From a virus (taxonomy: Duplodnaviria; Caudoviricetes), in IMG/VR virus record IMGVR_UViG_3300032218_002106, positions 1 through 32,916 of that record: a stretch of DNA of 32,916 nucleotides. One strand, 5' to 3'. The translations under genes and the position numbers were made by a program. Below the pieces are notes generated by a model. That model saw only the letters and a program-made list of their open reading frames with translations. It made no database searches and had not been told where the DNA came from. Shown here one piece after another: positions 1 to 8,158 of the stretch. Within the stretch, counting starts at the first letter, position 1. The number at the start of each line of letters is the position of its first letter.

Positions 1-73
1 AATAAAGTAGCAGTTCAAACCATTTTAGGTGTTAGGCTTGAAATACAAGTCAACTACGAGTCTTGGAGAATAT

Positions 74-517
74 ATGCCTAATCCCCCTAAACCTGTTGAG
101 CTAAAAAGGCTTATTGGTAACCCTGGCAGACGGCCTTTGCCGAAGGATGCTGTGGAGTTACCTCAACTTGACATGAAGCCTGTACCTTTGCGCCCTTTAG
201 GTGATACTGGTATGGCTTTTTGGGATGAAGCATGGAATAAGGGTCAGTTGTGGTTGGGTCGTACTGATGCTTGGCTTGTACAGTTAACGGCTGAAATGTT
301 GGATGAGCGTGATGAGTTGCGCCTTCTTCTTGCTGAAAGGGTTGCTAGTGGCGATAATGATTCGTGGCGTGACCGTAGGCAGTTGCGTGATTTAGAGCGT
401 TCTTTGATTTCTAACTTGTCTTTGATGGCTTGGACTCCTGTTGACCGTTCTCGCTATGGTTTGGCTGAGGTTAAGGCTAAATCTAAGTTGGCTGACTTTA
501 TGGAGAAGCATGGGTAG
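74..517 (+). CDS. terS: Terminase small subunit (P27-like)
   Basis: N-terminal PPKPVELKRLIGNPGRRPL motif and C-terminal TPVDRSR are typical of P27-type TerS. Lies directly before terL. Start moved to ATG 74 (GGAG at 65-68). Confidence 0.88.
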   Translation: MPNPPKPVELKRLIGNPGRRPLPKDAVELPQLDMKPVPLRPLGDTGMAFWDEAWNKGQLWLGRTDAWLVQLTAEMLDERDELRLLLAERVASGDNDSWRDRRQLRDLERSLISNLSLMAWTPVDRSRYGLAEVKAKSKLADFMEKHG

Positions 518-2024
518 TTGGCCACCTGCTTGGCTGACCCCTGTTTCAGAGCAAGAAATTGCTAATGGTAAGGGTGATGCTGTCATTGCTTTTGCTGAAA
601 CTTTTGGAATTATCACTAAGGACTCGGTTGCTGGTAAGGCTGGCGTAACTTTGCAGTTGCGTGACTGGCAGAAAGAGTTGCTTCGCCATGTTTTTGCTTA
701 TGATGAGTTGGGTTTGAAGCACCGTATCAATTTGATTGGTATGCCACGCAAGCAAGGTAAGTCTGCTTTGGCTTCTACGCTTGGTGTTTATGGTCTTTTG
801 GCTCAGGGCATTAATGGTGCTGAGGTTTATTCGTGTGCAGCTGATAAAGACCAGGCTCGTATTGTTTTTGGTGATGCTAAGAAGATGATTGAATCTAGTC
901 CTGACTTGATGGAGATGGTCAAGTTGTATAGAGATGCTATTGAAGTGCCTTCTACTGGGTCTGTTTATCGTGTTCTTTCGGCTGAAGCCTTCAGTAAAGA
1001 GGGTCTGTCTCCAACATTTGTGATTTTTGATGAAGCACATGCCCAACCCAATAGGGAACTCTTTGATGTTATGTCTTTGGCTCAGGGCGCTCGTGGAAAC
1101 ATGGCTTCTATGGTGGCTATTACTACTGCTGGCGTAAAATCGGACTCTACGGGACAGGATAGTATCGCCTATTCGCTGTATCAGTATGGTCAGCGTGTGG
1201 CTCGTGGTGAAGTTATTGACCCAACTTTCTTTATGAGTTGGTGGGAAGCCCCTATGGAAGCAGACCATAGACTTCCTGAAACTTGGTACATGGCTAATCC
1301 TGGTATTGATGACATTTGTGCTTTATCTGACTATGAATCTGCTGTTTTGAGGACACCTGAGTCGGAGTTTAGGACTAAACGCTGTAATCAATGGGTTTCT
1401 AGCCAAATTTCGTGGCTTCCTACTGGCGTTTGGGATGCTATCGCTGAACCTGAAGAACTTGATGTTGATGCAGAGTATGTTTTAGGTTTTGACGGTTCGT
1501 TCTCTGGAGATACAACTGTTATTGTTGGTTGTCGCAAGGCAAGACATGAAGAAGATAAACCTTATGTTTTTCTTGTGAAGGCTTGGGAAAAACCTGTTGA
1601 TGCTGATGATACTTGGCGTGTGGACATTTTAGATGCTGAAAACGCTATAAAAGACTTTTGTGCAAAGTATAAGGTTCGTGAAGTTGCTTGTGACCCTTTC
1701 CGTTGGCAGAGGTCTATGGAAGCGTTAGCAGATGTTGGTATCCCTATTGTTGAATGGCCTTCTACTTCGGCTCGCCGTATGATACCTGCTTGCGCCAACT
1801 TCTTTGATGCTGTCGTTGAGAAGCGTATTACCCATGACGGTAATCCGTTGTTGGCTCGCCATTTGAGTAACGCTGTTGTAAAAACAGATAATCTTGGTGT
1901 AAGAATAGTTAAAGAGAACCGTTCTAGTAATCGCAGAATTGACGCAGCTGTTGCAGCAATCTTGGCGTATGACCGAGCAGGGGCTAAAATAGAGAAGCGG
2001 ATAGTGCCAAAGTTTTTTGGATAG
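510..2024 (+). CDS. terL: Terminase large subunit
   Basis: Walker A PRKQGKS, Walker B VIFDEAH, ITTAG coupling motif, nuclease LGFDGS...D and C-terminal RIDAAVA. ATG 510 overlaps the terS end. Confidence 0.96.
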   Translation: MGSWPPAWLTPVSEQEIANGKGDAVIAFAETFGIITKDSVAGKAGVTLQLRDWQKELLRHVFAYDELGLKHRINLIGMPRKQGKSALASTLGVYGLLAQGINGAEVYSCAADKDQARIVFGDAKKMIESSPDLMEMVKLYRDAIEVPSTGSVYRVLSAEAFSKEGLSPTFVIFDEAHAQPNRELFDVMSLAQGARGNMASMVAITTAGVKSDSTGQDSIAYSLYQYGQRVARGEVIDPTFFMSWWEAPMEADHRLPETWYMANPGIDDICALSDYESAVLRTPESEFRTKRCNQWVSSQISWLPTGVWDAIAEPEELDVDAEYVLGFDGSFSGDTTVIVGCRKARHEEDKPYVFLVKAWEKPVDADDTWRVDILDAENAIKDFCAKYKVREVACDPFRWQRSMEALADVGIPIVEWPSTSARRMIPACANFFDAVVEKRITHDGNPLLARHLSNAVVKTDNLGVRIVKENRSSNRRIDAAVAAILAYDRAGAKIEKRIVPKFFG

Positions 2025-2031
2025 GAAAATT

Positions 2032-2169
2032 ATGATTTCTTCAATAATTCAAGCAATAGGCATCATTGTTATAGCGACAGGTATCGCTCTAATTTATCCG
2101 CCAGCAGGTTTAATTGCTTTAGGCATAGGCACACTTCTTTTTGGTTTAGCACTTGGAACGGATAAATAA
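2032..2169 (+). CDS. Small two-TM membrane protein (45 aa, MISSIIQAIGIIVIATG...)
   Basis: Translated by hand. AGGA RBS, fills the terL-portal gap, TAATG overlap with portal. Hydrophobic throughout. Confidence 0.75.
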   Translation: MISSIIQAIGIIVIATGIALIYPPAGLIALGIGTLLFGLALGTDK

Positions 2170-3461
2170 TGCTAAATAAACTTCTCAATACTCGCTCAGT
2201 TTCTTACCAAAGCATTTTCTCTATGGGTGGAGATTTTGGTACTGAAAGCCAAGCAGGTATAAACATTACAGGTAAGAACGCCTATGAAGTTGTTGCTTTC
2301 TTTTCTGCTGTAAGCCTTATCAGCGACACTATCTCTACCCTTCCTGTTGATTCCTTTATTCGGGTAAATGGTGAGCGTAAACCTTATAGACCTAAGCCAG
2401 CATGGGTTGAACAACCAGATGTTGATACTACCCGTCAAGCACATTATGGTTCTGTCGTTTCATCTTTACTTGTATTCGGTAATTCTTACACTCGTGTTTT
2501 TAGAGATAACAAAGGTGATGTAGTTAACCTTGTTGTTTTAGACCCAACAAAGATGGAAGTTCGCCGTTCTGCTATCGGTAAGAAAATCTTTATTTACGCT
2601 GATGAACCTAAACCTTTAAACTCAGATGAAATTATTCACATCATTGATTTAGCGACACCAGGTTCTTTAACTGGATTATCCAGAGTAGATAAATTAAAAG
2701 ATGCTCTTGGTGTTGCTACTGCTTTACAAGCCTATGCGGCTCGTTTCTTTGACCAAGGTTCTACAACCAATGGAATCATTGAGTATCCTGGAGAATTAAC
2801 TCCTGAAGAAGCAAAAGACCTTCGTGAAGGTTTTGACTCTCGACACAGGGGATATAAGAAAGCGCATAAGACTGGTGTTTTATCTGGCGGTGCAAAGTAT
2901 GTTACTACTTCTGTTCCTAATGACCAAGCACAGTTCTTAGATTCACGCCGTTTTGCTGTTGAAGAAATTGCTAGAGCATTTAACATTCCTCTACATATGC
3001 TGGGTATTCCTGGTACTGCTAGTTATGCTTCGGTTGAACAAAATAACCTTCAGTTTATTTCTCACACACTTAGACCTATTTTGGAAAAAGTGGAGTGGGC
3101 TTATAGTCGTGTTCTTCCAAGTTCGGCATTCATCAAATTTAATTTTTCTGCTTTACTTCGTGGAGACCTTCAAAGCCGTTACCAAGCGTATTCAATCGCT
3201 ACTCAGGCTGGTTTCAAGTCAATTAATGAGATTAAGAAACTTGAAGATGAGCCAGCAGTTGAAGGTGGAGATGCTTTCAGAGTGCCATTAGCAAATGTGA
3301 ACATTAATGCTGCTGACCTTTCTGAAACTGAAGCCAAAGTTAAGATGGCCGATACTTTGATTGCTGCTGGATTTGACCCTGAATCTGTGCTTTCACAACT
3401 TGGTTTACCTGCTATCCCTTATGTTGGGAATAGTCCTGCACCTACTGGAGTTGGTAATTAA
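2169..3461 (+). CDS. Portal protein, HK97 family
   Basis: ISDTISTLP, LLVFGNSY, QFLDSRRFAVEEIARAFNIP, LLRGD and SINEIKKLED motifs. Position after terL. Confidence 0.95.
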   Translation: MLNKLLNTRSVSYQSIFSMGGDFGTESQAGINITGKNAYEVVAFFSAVSLISDTISTLPVDSFIRVNGERKPYRPKPAWVEQPDVDTTRQAHYGSVVSSLLVFGNSYTRVFRDNKGDVVNLVVLDPTKMEVRRSAIGKKIFIYADEPKPLNSDEIIHIIDLATPGSLTGLSRVDKLKDALGVATALQAYAARFFDQGSTTNGIIEYPGELTPEEAKDLREGFDSRHRGYKKAHKTGVLSGGAKYVTTSVPNDQAQFLDSRRFAVEEIARAFNIPLHMLGIPGTASYASVEQNNLQFISHTLRPILEKVEWAYSRVLPSSAFIKFNFSALLRGDLQSRYQAYSIATQAGFKSINEIKKLEDEPAVEGGDAFRVPLANVNINAADLSETEAKVKMADTLIAAGFDPESVLSQLGLPAIPYVGNSPAPTGVGN

Positions 3462-3808
3462 TGATAAATCCAGGAACATACAACATTACTTGTCCACAAG
3501 GTGCAACCTTTGATAAAACATTTACTATCAGCGTTAGTGGAACACCTAAAAATTTGACTGGCTATACGGCAGCTATGCAAGTTCGTGAAACCTATGATTC
3601 AACTTCAACTATTTTGTCTTTGACTTCTGGCACAGGCATTACTTTGGGTGGAACTGCTGGAACTATTGCTCTTCTTGTCTCTTCTACTGCTACAACAGCT
3701 CTTACTGAAGGTTTCTATCAGTATGACCTTGAAATAACTTCGGGTGGTGGAGTTACTGACCGTTTGCTTCAGGGTAAGTTTGTTGTCACACCACAGGTGA
3801 CACGATGA
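3461..3808 (+). CDS. Ig-like virion adaptor protein (BppU N-terminal-like), first gene of fibre cassette
   Basis: QGATF...NLTGYTAAMQVR...YQYDLEIT...LLQGKFVV pattern of phage fibre-anchoring beta-sandwich proteins. Translationally coupled to portal. Confidence 0.6.
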   Translation: MINPGTYNITCPQGATFDKTFTISVSGTPKNLTGYTAAMQVRETYDSTSTILSLTSGTGITLGGTAGTIALLVSSTATTALTEGFYQYDLEITSGGGVTDRLLQGKFVVTPQVTR

Positions 3809-4470
3809 CAGATGTTTCAGTAACAGTCATTGAAAGTAACCCATCTATTACTGTTTCAGATGGTGATGTAACTATTGATGTGATTGAATCTTCTGTTTTA
3901 GTAAATACAGACAATAACATTTTGCAAGCAGTCAGTTTTGATGCCGTAGCAGCTAACATTCTTCCAGCACAAACTGGAACATATAGTTTAGGTTCTTCTT
4001 CCAGGCGTTGGTCAGATGCTCATTTATCAAATGTTGTTTTTAATGATTCAACTACTCAAACAACAGCAATGCAGTCTGGTGCTTCAACAAGTTACACACC
4101 TTTATTTCAAGATGGTGGAACTTATAGTGCAACTCAAAATGGTGCTTCAGGCTCATACATAAAAAATGGAAAATTATGTTATTTCAATGTTTTTTTTAAT
4201 TTTACTTATGTAACTAATTTTGGAACAACACAATACAGTATTACTTTACCTTTTACATCATCACAAGAAATTGTTTTTCGTAATGGAACTTACCATGATG
4301 CTTCAGCAAATAATACCTATCATTTGACTGGTCATATTAACGCTAATTCAGATGTTATGACTTTGTTTTATACCACTTCAGGGCAAGACCAAATTTTTGA
4401 CCATAATTCACCTGTAACTATTACTACGGCTGATTCACTACATTTATCTGGAATGTTTGAGACAACATAA
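3805..4470 (+). CDS. Putative virion fibre/spike protein
   Basis: ILPAQTGTYSLGSSSRRW and FNDSTTQTTA fibre-shaft motifs. C-terminal GSYIKNGKLC...YSITLPF resembles a receptor-binding head domain. Confidence 0.55.
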   Translation: MTDVSVTVIESNPSITVSDGDVTIDVIESSVLVNTDNNILQAVSFDAVAANILPAQTGTYSLGSSSRRWSDAHLSNVVFNDSTTQTTAMQSGASTSYTPLFQDGGTYSATQNGASGSYIKNGKLCYFNVFFNFTYVTNFGTTQYSITLPFTSSQEIVFRNGTYHDASANNTYHLTGHINANSDVMTLFYTTSGQDQIFDHNSPVTITTADSLHLSGMFETT

Positions 4471-5924
4471 TGGCTATTCCTTGGCCAGCATCTCCAGCCG
4501 TAGGTGATACTTTCACTTATGGTGGAATTACTTATACTTGGAATGGTGTTGCGTGGGTTAATGCTATAACTAATACTCCTGCTGGAACTGCTGGAGTTTT
4601 GTCTGTAACAGCCAGTTCACCAATTAGTTCTTCTGGTGGAACTGCACCAAACATTACTATTGACCAAACACTTCTTTCTATAACTAAAAGTCAGATAAGT
4701 GATTTTACTTCTGGTACGGTTGCTTTTTCTAGTACTTCTGGTACAGCCGTTTATGCTTCTACTGCTGGTACATCTGTCTATGCAACTACGGCTGGTACAG
4801 CAGACTATTCAACTCTTTCAGGTACAGCCGTAAACATTTCTGGTTCTATAACTCGGTCAAAAGTTAGCGATTTTGCTACGGGTACTGTTGCTTCTGCAAC
4901 TTTAGCTGGTACGGCTACTTATGCGACTACTTCTGGTACAGCCACTTATAGCACTACTTCTGGTACGGCTGTTTATGCTACTAATGCTGGTACGGCAGTA
5001 GGTATTTCTGGTTCAATAACAAAATCACAAATATCGGACTTTACAGCTGGTACTGTGAATACAATTTCTGGTTCAATAACAAAATCACAAGTTAGCGATT
5101 TCACTTCTGGAACAGTTACAACTATTTCTGGTTCAATTACAACTACACAAGTCACAGGTACTGCTGTAATAACTTCTGACAGTCGTTTATCTGATGCTAG
5201 AACACCAACTGCACATACTCACGGAAACATAAGTAATACTGGAACTCTTACAACAGTTATAACGCCTTCTGCATCAGTAGCAGTTTTAGCAAATAGTTCA
5301 ACAAATACAATAGGTCTTTTAGGAACTGCTACAAGTGTATCTACACAGTTTTTGCGTGGAGATGGAACATGGCAAGTTCCTGCTGGTGGTAGTAGCGGTG
5401 TAATACCTAACTTTAGAGTTTTTCCAACTGGAAACTATTTCACGGCTAAAGCAACTGGGTCAACATCATCAGTAACATTGACAATGACTGCTATACCTTT
5501 TTGGGTATCAACATCAACAACTTTTACTAAAATCGGTATCTATGTTTCAAGCACAGGTTCTTCAAGTGCTTTTAGATTAGGCATTTGGAACAATAACGCA
5601 ACAACAGATAAACCAGATACTTTATTTGCAGACTATGGAACTGTGTCAACAACAAGCACAGGATTTAAAGAAGTTACTGGACAAACAATCACTTTGTCTG
5701 CTGGTTTATGGTGGATTGGTGGAGTAAATACAGGTTCACCTGGTGCGACAGTTTCTGCAACTATAATTGGTTATCCATTACATCCAATTCCGCATACATC
5801 TGCACCATCATCAACTAGCGCATATAACGCCTATTCTGGAACATATGTTTCTGGAACTTTACCAACATTTGTCGGTGCATCTACTCCTGCAACACAAGGT
5901 TTTCTAGTTTGGTTAGGATTGTAA
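4470..5924 (+). CDS. Ser/Thr/Gly-rich fibre protein with internal repeats
   Basis: N-terminal WPASPAVGDTFTYGGITYTWNG, repeats, DSRLSDARTPTAHTH (HxH) and QFLRGDGTW fibre motifs, globular C-terminus. Confidence 0.7.
   Translation: MAIPWPASPAVGDTFTYGGITYTWNGVAWVNAITNTPAGTAGVLSVTASSPISSSGGTAPNITIDQTLLSITKSQISDFTSGTVAFSSTSGTAVYASTAGTSVYATTAGTADYSTLSGTAVNISGSITRSKVSDFATGTVASATLAGTATYATTSGTATYSTTSGTAVYATNAGTAVGISGSITKSQISDFTAGTVNTISGSITKSQVSDFTSGTVTTISGSITTTQVTGTAVITSDSRLSDARTPTAHTHGNISNTGTLTTVITPSASVAVLANSSTNTIGLLGTATSVSTQFLRGDGTWQVPAGGSSGVIPNFRVFPTGNYFTAKATGSTSSVTLTMTAIPFWVSTSTTFTKIGIYVSSTGSSSAFRLGIWNNNATTDKPDTLFADYGTVSTTSTGFKEVTGQTITLSAGLWWIGGVNTGSPGATVSATIIGYPLHPIPHTSAPSSTSAYNAYSGTYVSGTLPTFVGASTPATQGFLVWLGL
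4680..5140 (+). repeat. Intragenic repeats: 20-aa ISGSITKSQ(I/V)SDFTxGTV units and 9-aa T(S/A)GTAxYAT units
   Basis: ATTTCTGGTTCAAT at 5004, 5064 and 5124 (60-bp period). 27-bp degenerate repeats at about 4735-4830 and 4905-5000. Confidence 0.85.
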
Positions 5925-5926
5925 AT

Positions 5927-6133
5927 ATGGGTTTAAATACAAGTTATGGGGATGGTGGTTTTTGTGAGAACTGTGATGAAACACATGGGCATCCATTACA
6001 TAACATTATTGCAGAATATGAAGTCGCTGACCCAGAATTAAGTCAAGAAGAATTACTTAAACAATCTGCTAAAAATAAATTGGCAGTTTTAGGTTTAAGT
6101 GAAGAAGAAATTAAAGCGTTGATTGGAAACTAA
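5927..6133 (+). CDS. Small fibre-associated protein (possible assembly chaperone)
   Basis: Follows the fibre gene. C-terminal SAKNKLAVLGLSEEEIKALIG resembles small fibre-partner proteins. ATG 5927 preferred over 5909. Confidence 0.5.
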   Translation: MGLNTSYGDGGFCENCDETHGHPLHNIIAEYEVADPELSQEELLKQSAKNKLAVLGLSEEEIKALIGN

Positions 6134-7821
6134 TGCCATATTTTATTAGTGATAAGCAAGATGATTGCTCTGGTTGGGCTACTTTAAAGGTTGAAAATGG
6201 TGAACCTACTACTATTGCCTGTCATCCTACTAAGACTGCTGCTATAAAACAGATGGTTGCGTTATCTTTGGCTGAGAAAATTGACCCTGCTGGTGAGTAT
6301 GGTAAACGAGCTGTTGCAACCTATAATCCACCACAAGGCGTTATTGCTGCTGCTAAGAGGGCTTTAGTTTGGATTGCTGATGGTAAGGCTGGTAGTGGGT
6401 TTACTTCTGTTGGTAGGGCTAGGGCTTCACAACTTGCTTCAGGTAATTCTGTTTCTGCCGATACTGTTACTCGTATGAAGTCATACTTTGCTAGACATGA
6501 AGTAGATAAAAAAGCTACTGGTTTTCGTTCTGGTGAAGATGGTTTCCCTAGTGCTGGTAGAGTAGCGTGGGATGCTTGGGGTGGGGATGCAGGTCAGTCT
6601 TGGGTAAATGGTTTGGCTGATTTCCGTAAGGCTGGCGGTAAAAAGGCTGTTATTTCTGATATTGATGATACTTTGATTCATGCTGGTAAGCGTATGGATA
6701 AGACTTACAACTATCTTGAATCTTTAGATGTAGATGTTTTGTTGGTTACTGGCAGACCTGAATCAACCAGAGATGCCACTACTAAACAGTTAGCAGATTT
6801 AGACATTAGTTACAATCGTCTTTACATGAATACTGGTTCAAGTGCTAACAGTAATGCTTTTAAGAAGGCTAAGGCAGAGGAACTTTTAAAGACTTATGAC
6901 ATTGTGGAAGCAATTGAAAATAACCCTGATGCTAGACGAGGTTACTCTGATTTAGGGATTTCTACTAAAGACCCTGCTAAACTACCTATGATGGAACATC
7001 AAGATACTGTTGGCGATAATGAAGATGCGCCACAAAGGAATATTATGACGGATGCTAAACTTCGGTCAATTAGCCGAGCCGAAAAGATTATGGCTACTTT
7101 ACGCAAAATTAACGGCATCAAGCCTACTGCTGAAACTCGTGTTTTAGATGTTGATTTTGAGATTCGTGGCGAAGGTGATAAATTAACTTTTTCTGGTTAT
7201 GCAGCTGTATTCAATAGTGATAGCCAGCCTTTACCTTTCATTGAGCGTATTGCACCTGGTGCTTTTAAAAGGACACTTCAGGCTCGTAATGATGTGAAAC
7301 TTCTTTGGAATCACGATTCGGGTGAAGTTTTAGCAAGCACTCGCTCTGGCACTATGAGGTTAGTTGAAGATTCTCATGGTTTAAGAGTTGAAGCAGACAT
7401 TGCCCCAACAACTAGGGGTAAAGATTTAAGTATTTTAATGCAGCGTGGAGATGTCAATAAGATGTCTTTTGGTTTTACTGTGCAACAGGATTCTTGGTCT
7501 CCTGACGGTAATACTAGAACTTTAGAGTCTGTTAGACTTGCCGAAGTATCAATTGTGACCTTTCCAGCCTACGAATCGAGTGTTGCCCAAGTGCGTTCAT
7601 TAGACCAAATAGATACAGAAAAACTTTCTGATGCTTTACTAGCATTAGAGACAAGTGATTCATTGACTCCAGACCAAGCAGGTTTGTTAGAAAATGTTAT
7701 CAAACAACTTACTAAAGGTGAAACACCAGTAGAAGAAGTTGTTGAAGAAGAACCTGAAGAACCTGTCACTATGATAGGCTTACTTCAGTTGAAGCACACT
7801 CTGGAAGGAAAGATGCTCTAA
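6133..7821 (+). CDS. Multidomain prohead maturation protease: N-terminal domain of unknown function + HAD (PNK 3'-phosphatase-like) domain + HK97-family protease
   Basis: HAD motifs ISDIDDTL, LVTGRP and FKK. Protease motifs FSGYAAVFN, LLWNHD, MSFGF and EVSIVTFPAY. Confidence 0.88.
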   Translation: MPYFISDKQDDCSGWATLKVENGEPTTIACHPTKTAAIKQMVALSLAEKIDPAGEYGKRAVATYNPPQGVIAAAKRALVWIADGKAGSGFTSVGRARASQLASGNSVSADTVTRMKSYFARHEVDKKATGFRSGEDGFPSAGRVAWDAWGGDAGQSWVNGLADFRKAGGKKAVISDIDDTLIHAGKRMDKTYNYLESLDVDVLLVTGRPESTRDATTKQLADLDISYNRLYMNTGSSANSNAFKKAKAEELLKTYDIVEAIENNPDARRGYSDLGISTKDPAKLPMMEHQDTVGDNEDAPQRNIMTDAKLRSISRAEKIMATLRKINGIKPTAETRVLDVDFEIRGEGDKLTFSGYAAVFNSDSQPLPFIERIAPGAFKRTLQARNDVKLLWNHDSGEVLASTRSGTMRLVEDSHGLRVEADIAPTTRGKDLSILMQRGDVNKMSFGFTVQQDSWSPDGNTRTLESVRLAEVSIVTFPAYESSVAQVRSLDQIDTEKLSDALLALETSDSLTPDQAGLLENVIKQLTKGETPVEEVVEEEPEEPVTMIGLLQLKHTLEGKML

Positions 7822-7982
7822 TGGCTACTAAAGAACAAATTATTGCAACTATACTTGAAGTCGCTGGCAACCCTGCTGCTGGTGAAATTAAAGATTTAGC
7901 AGAAGCATTTGCTGATGCAGTTGTTGCTATTGATACTCCTGCTAAAGAAGTAAGAGTATTGGAAGCAAAAGAAACTCGCTAG
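7821..7982 (+). CDS. Hypothetical 53-aa protein (MATKEQIIATILEVAGNP...)
   Basis: Translated by hand. TAATG coupling to the protease gene and normal codon usage. Confidence 0.7.
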   Translation: MATKEQIIATILEVAGNPAAGEIKDLAEAFADAVVAIDTPAKEVRVLEAKETR

Positions 7983-8002
7983 TTATTCCCTTTTCTAGCG
8001 AC

Positions 8003-8045
8003 ACCCCACTAGGTTAATTCCCTTTCCCTGGTGGGGTTTTCTTTT
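8003..8045 (+). terminator. Rho-independent terminator preceded by a second hairpin (7976-8001)
   Basis: ACCCCACTAGG / CCTGGTGGGGT stem followed by a T-run. Confidence 0.75.
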
Positions 8046-8064
8046 AAGCATTATATTCTACTAT

Positions 8065-8126
8065 TAGACTTAAAGAGTAGTTGAGTGTCAGCACCGCTAC
8101 ATCTGTTGCGTGTTAGCACCACAGGT
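8065..8126 (+). promoter_or_regulatory. Putative late promoter -10 (TAGACT) and tandem-hairpin 5' leader of the capsid gene
   Basis: TAGACT at 8065-8070. Two similar hairpins at 8077-8100 and 8101-8126. Confidence 0.5.
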
Positions 8127-8158
8127 ATCCCTTATTCATTTATTTATAGGAGACTTCC

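Noticed and set aside
441-509. Longer terL start (TTG 441) and terS start at 29
   Set aside because: Long overlaps without RBS. ATG 510 and ATG 74 fit better.
546-1268. 240-aa minus-strand ORF, and other antisense ORFs over structural genes (e.g. 15991-16395, 18696-19100, 27891-28454)
   Set aside because: Shadows of T-ending codon bias in well-supported plus-strand genes. No RBS or recognisable motifs.
4470-5924. Diversity-generating retroelement target
   Set aside because: No reverse transcriptase and no TR/VR pair with adenine-specific mismatches. The repeats are ordinary protein repeats.
8083-8119. CIRCE/HrcA operator (GAGTG..., TTAGCAC)
   Set aside because: Half-sites are in the wrong order and spacing for TTAGCACTC-N9-GAGTGCTAA. 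The tandem hairpin model explains the sequence better.
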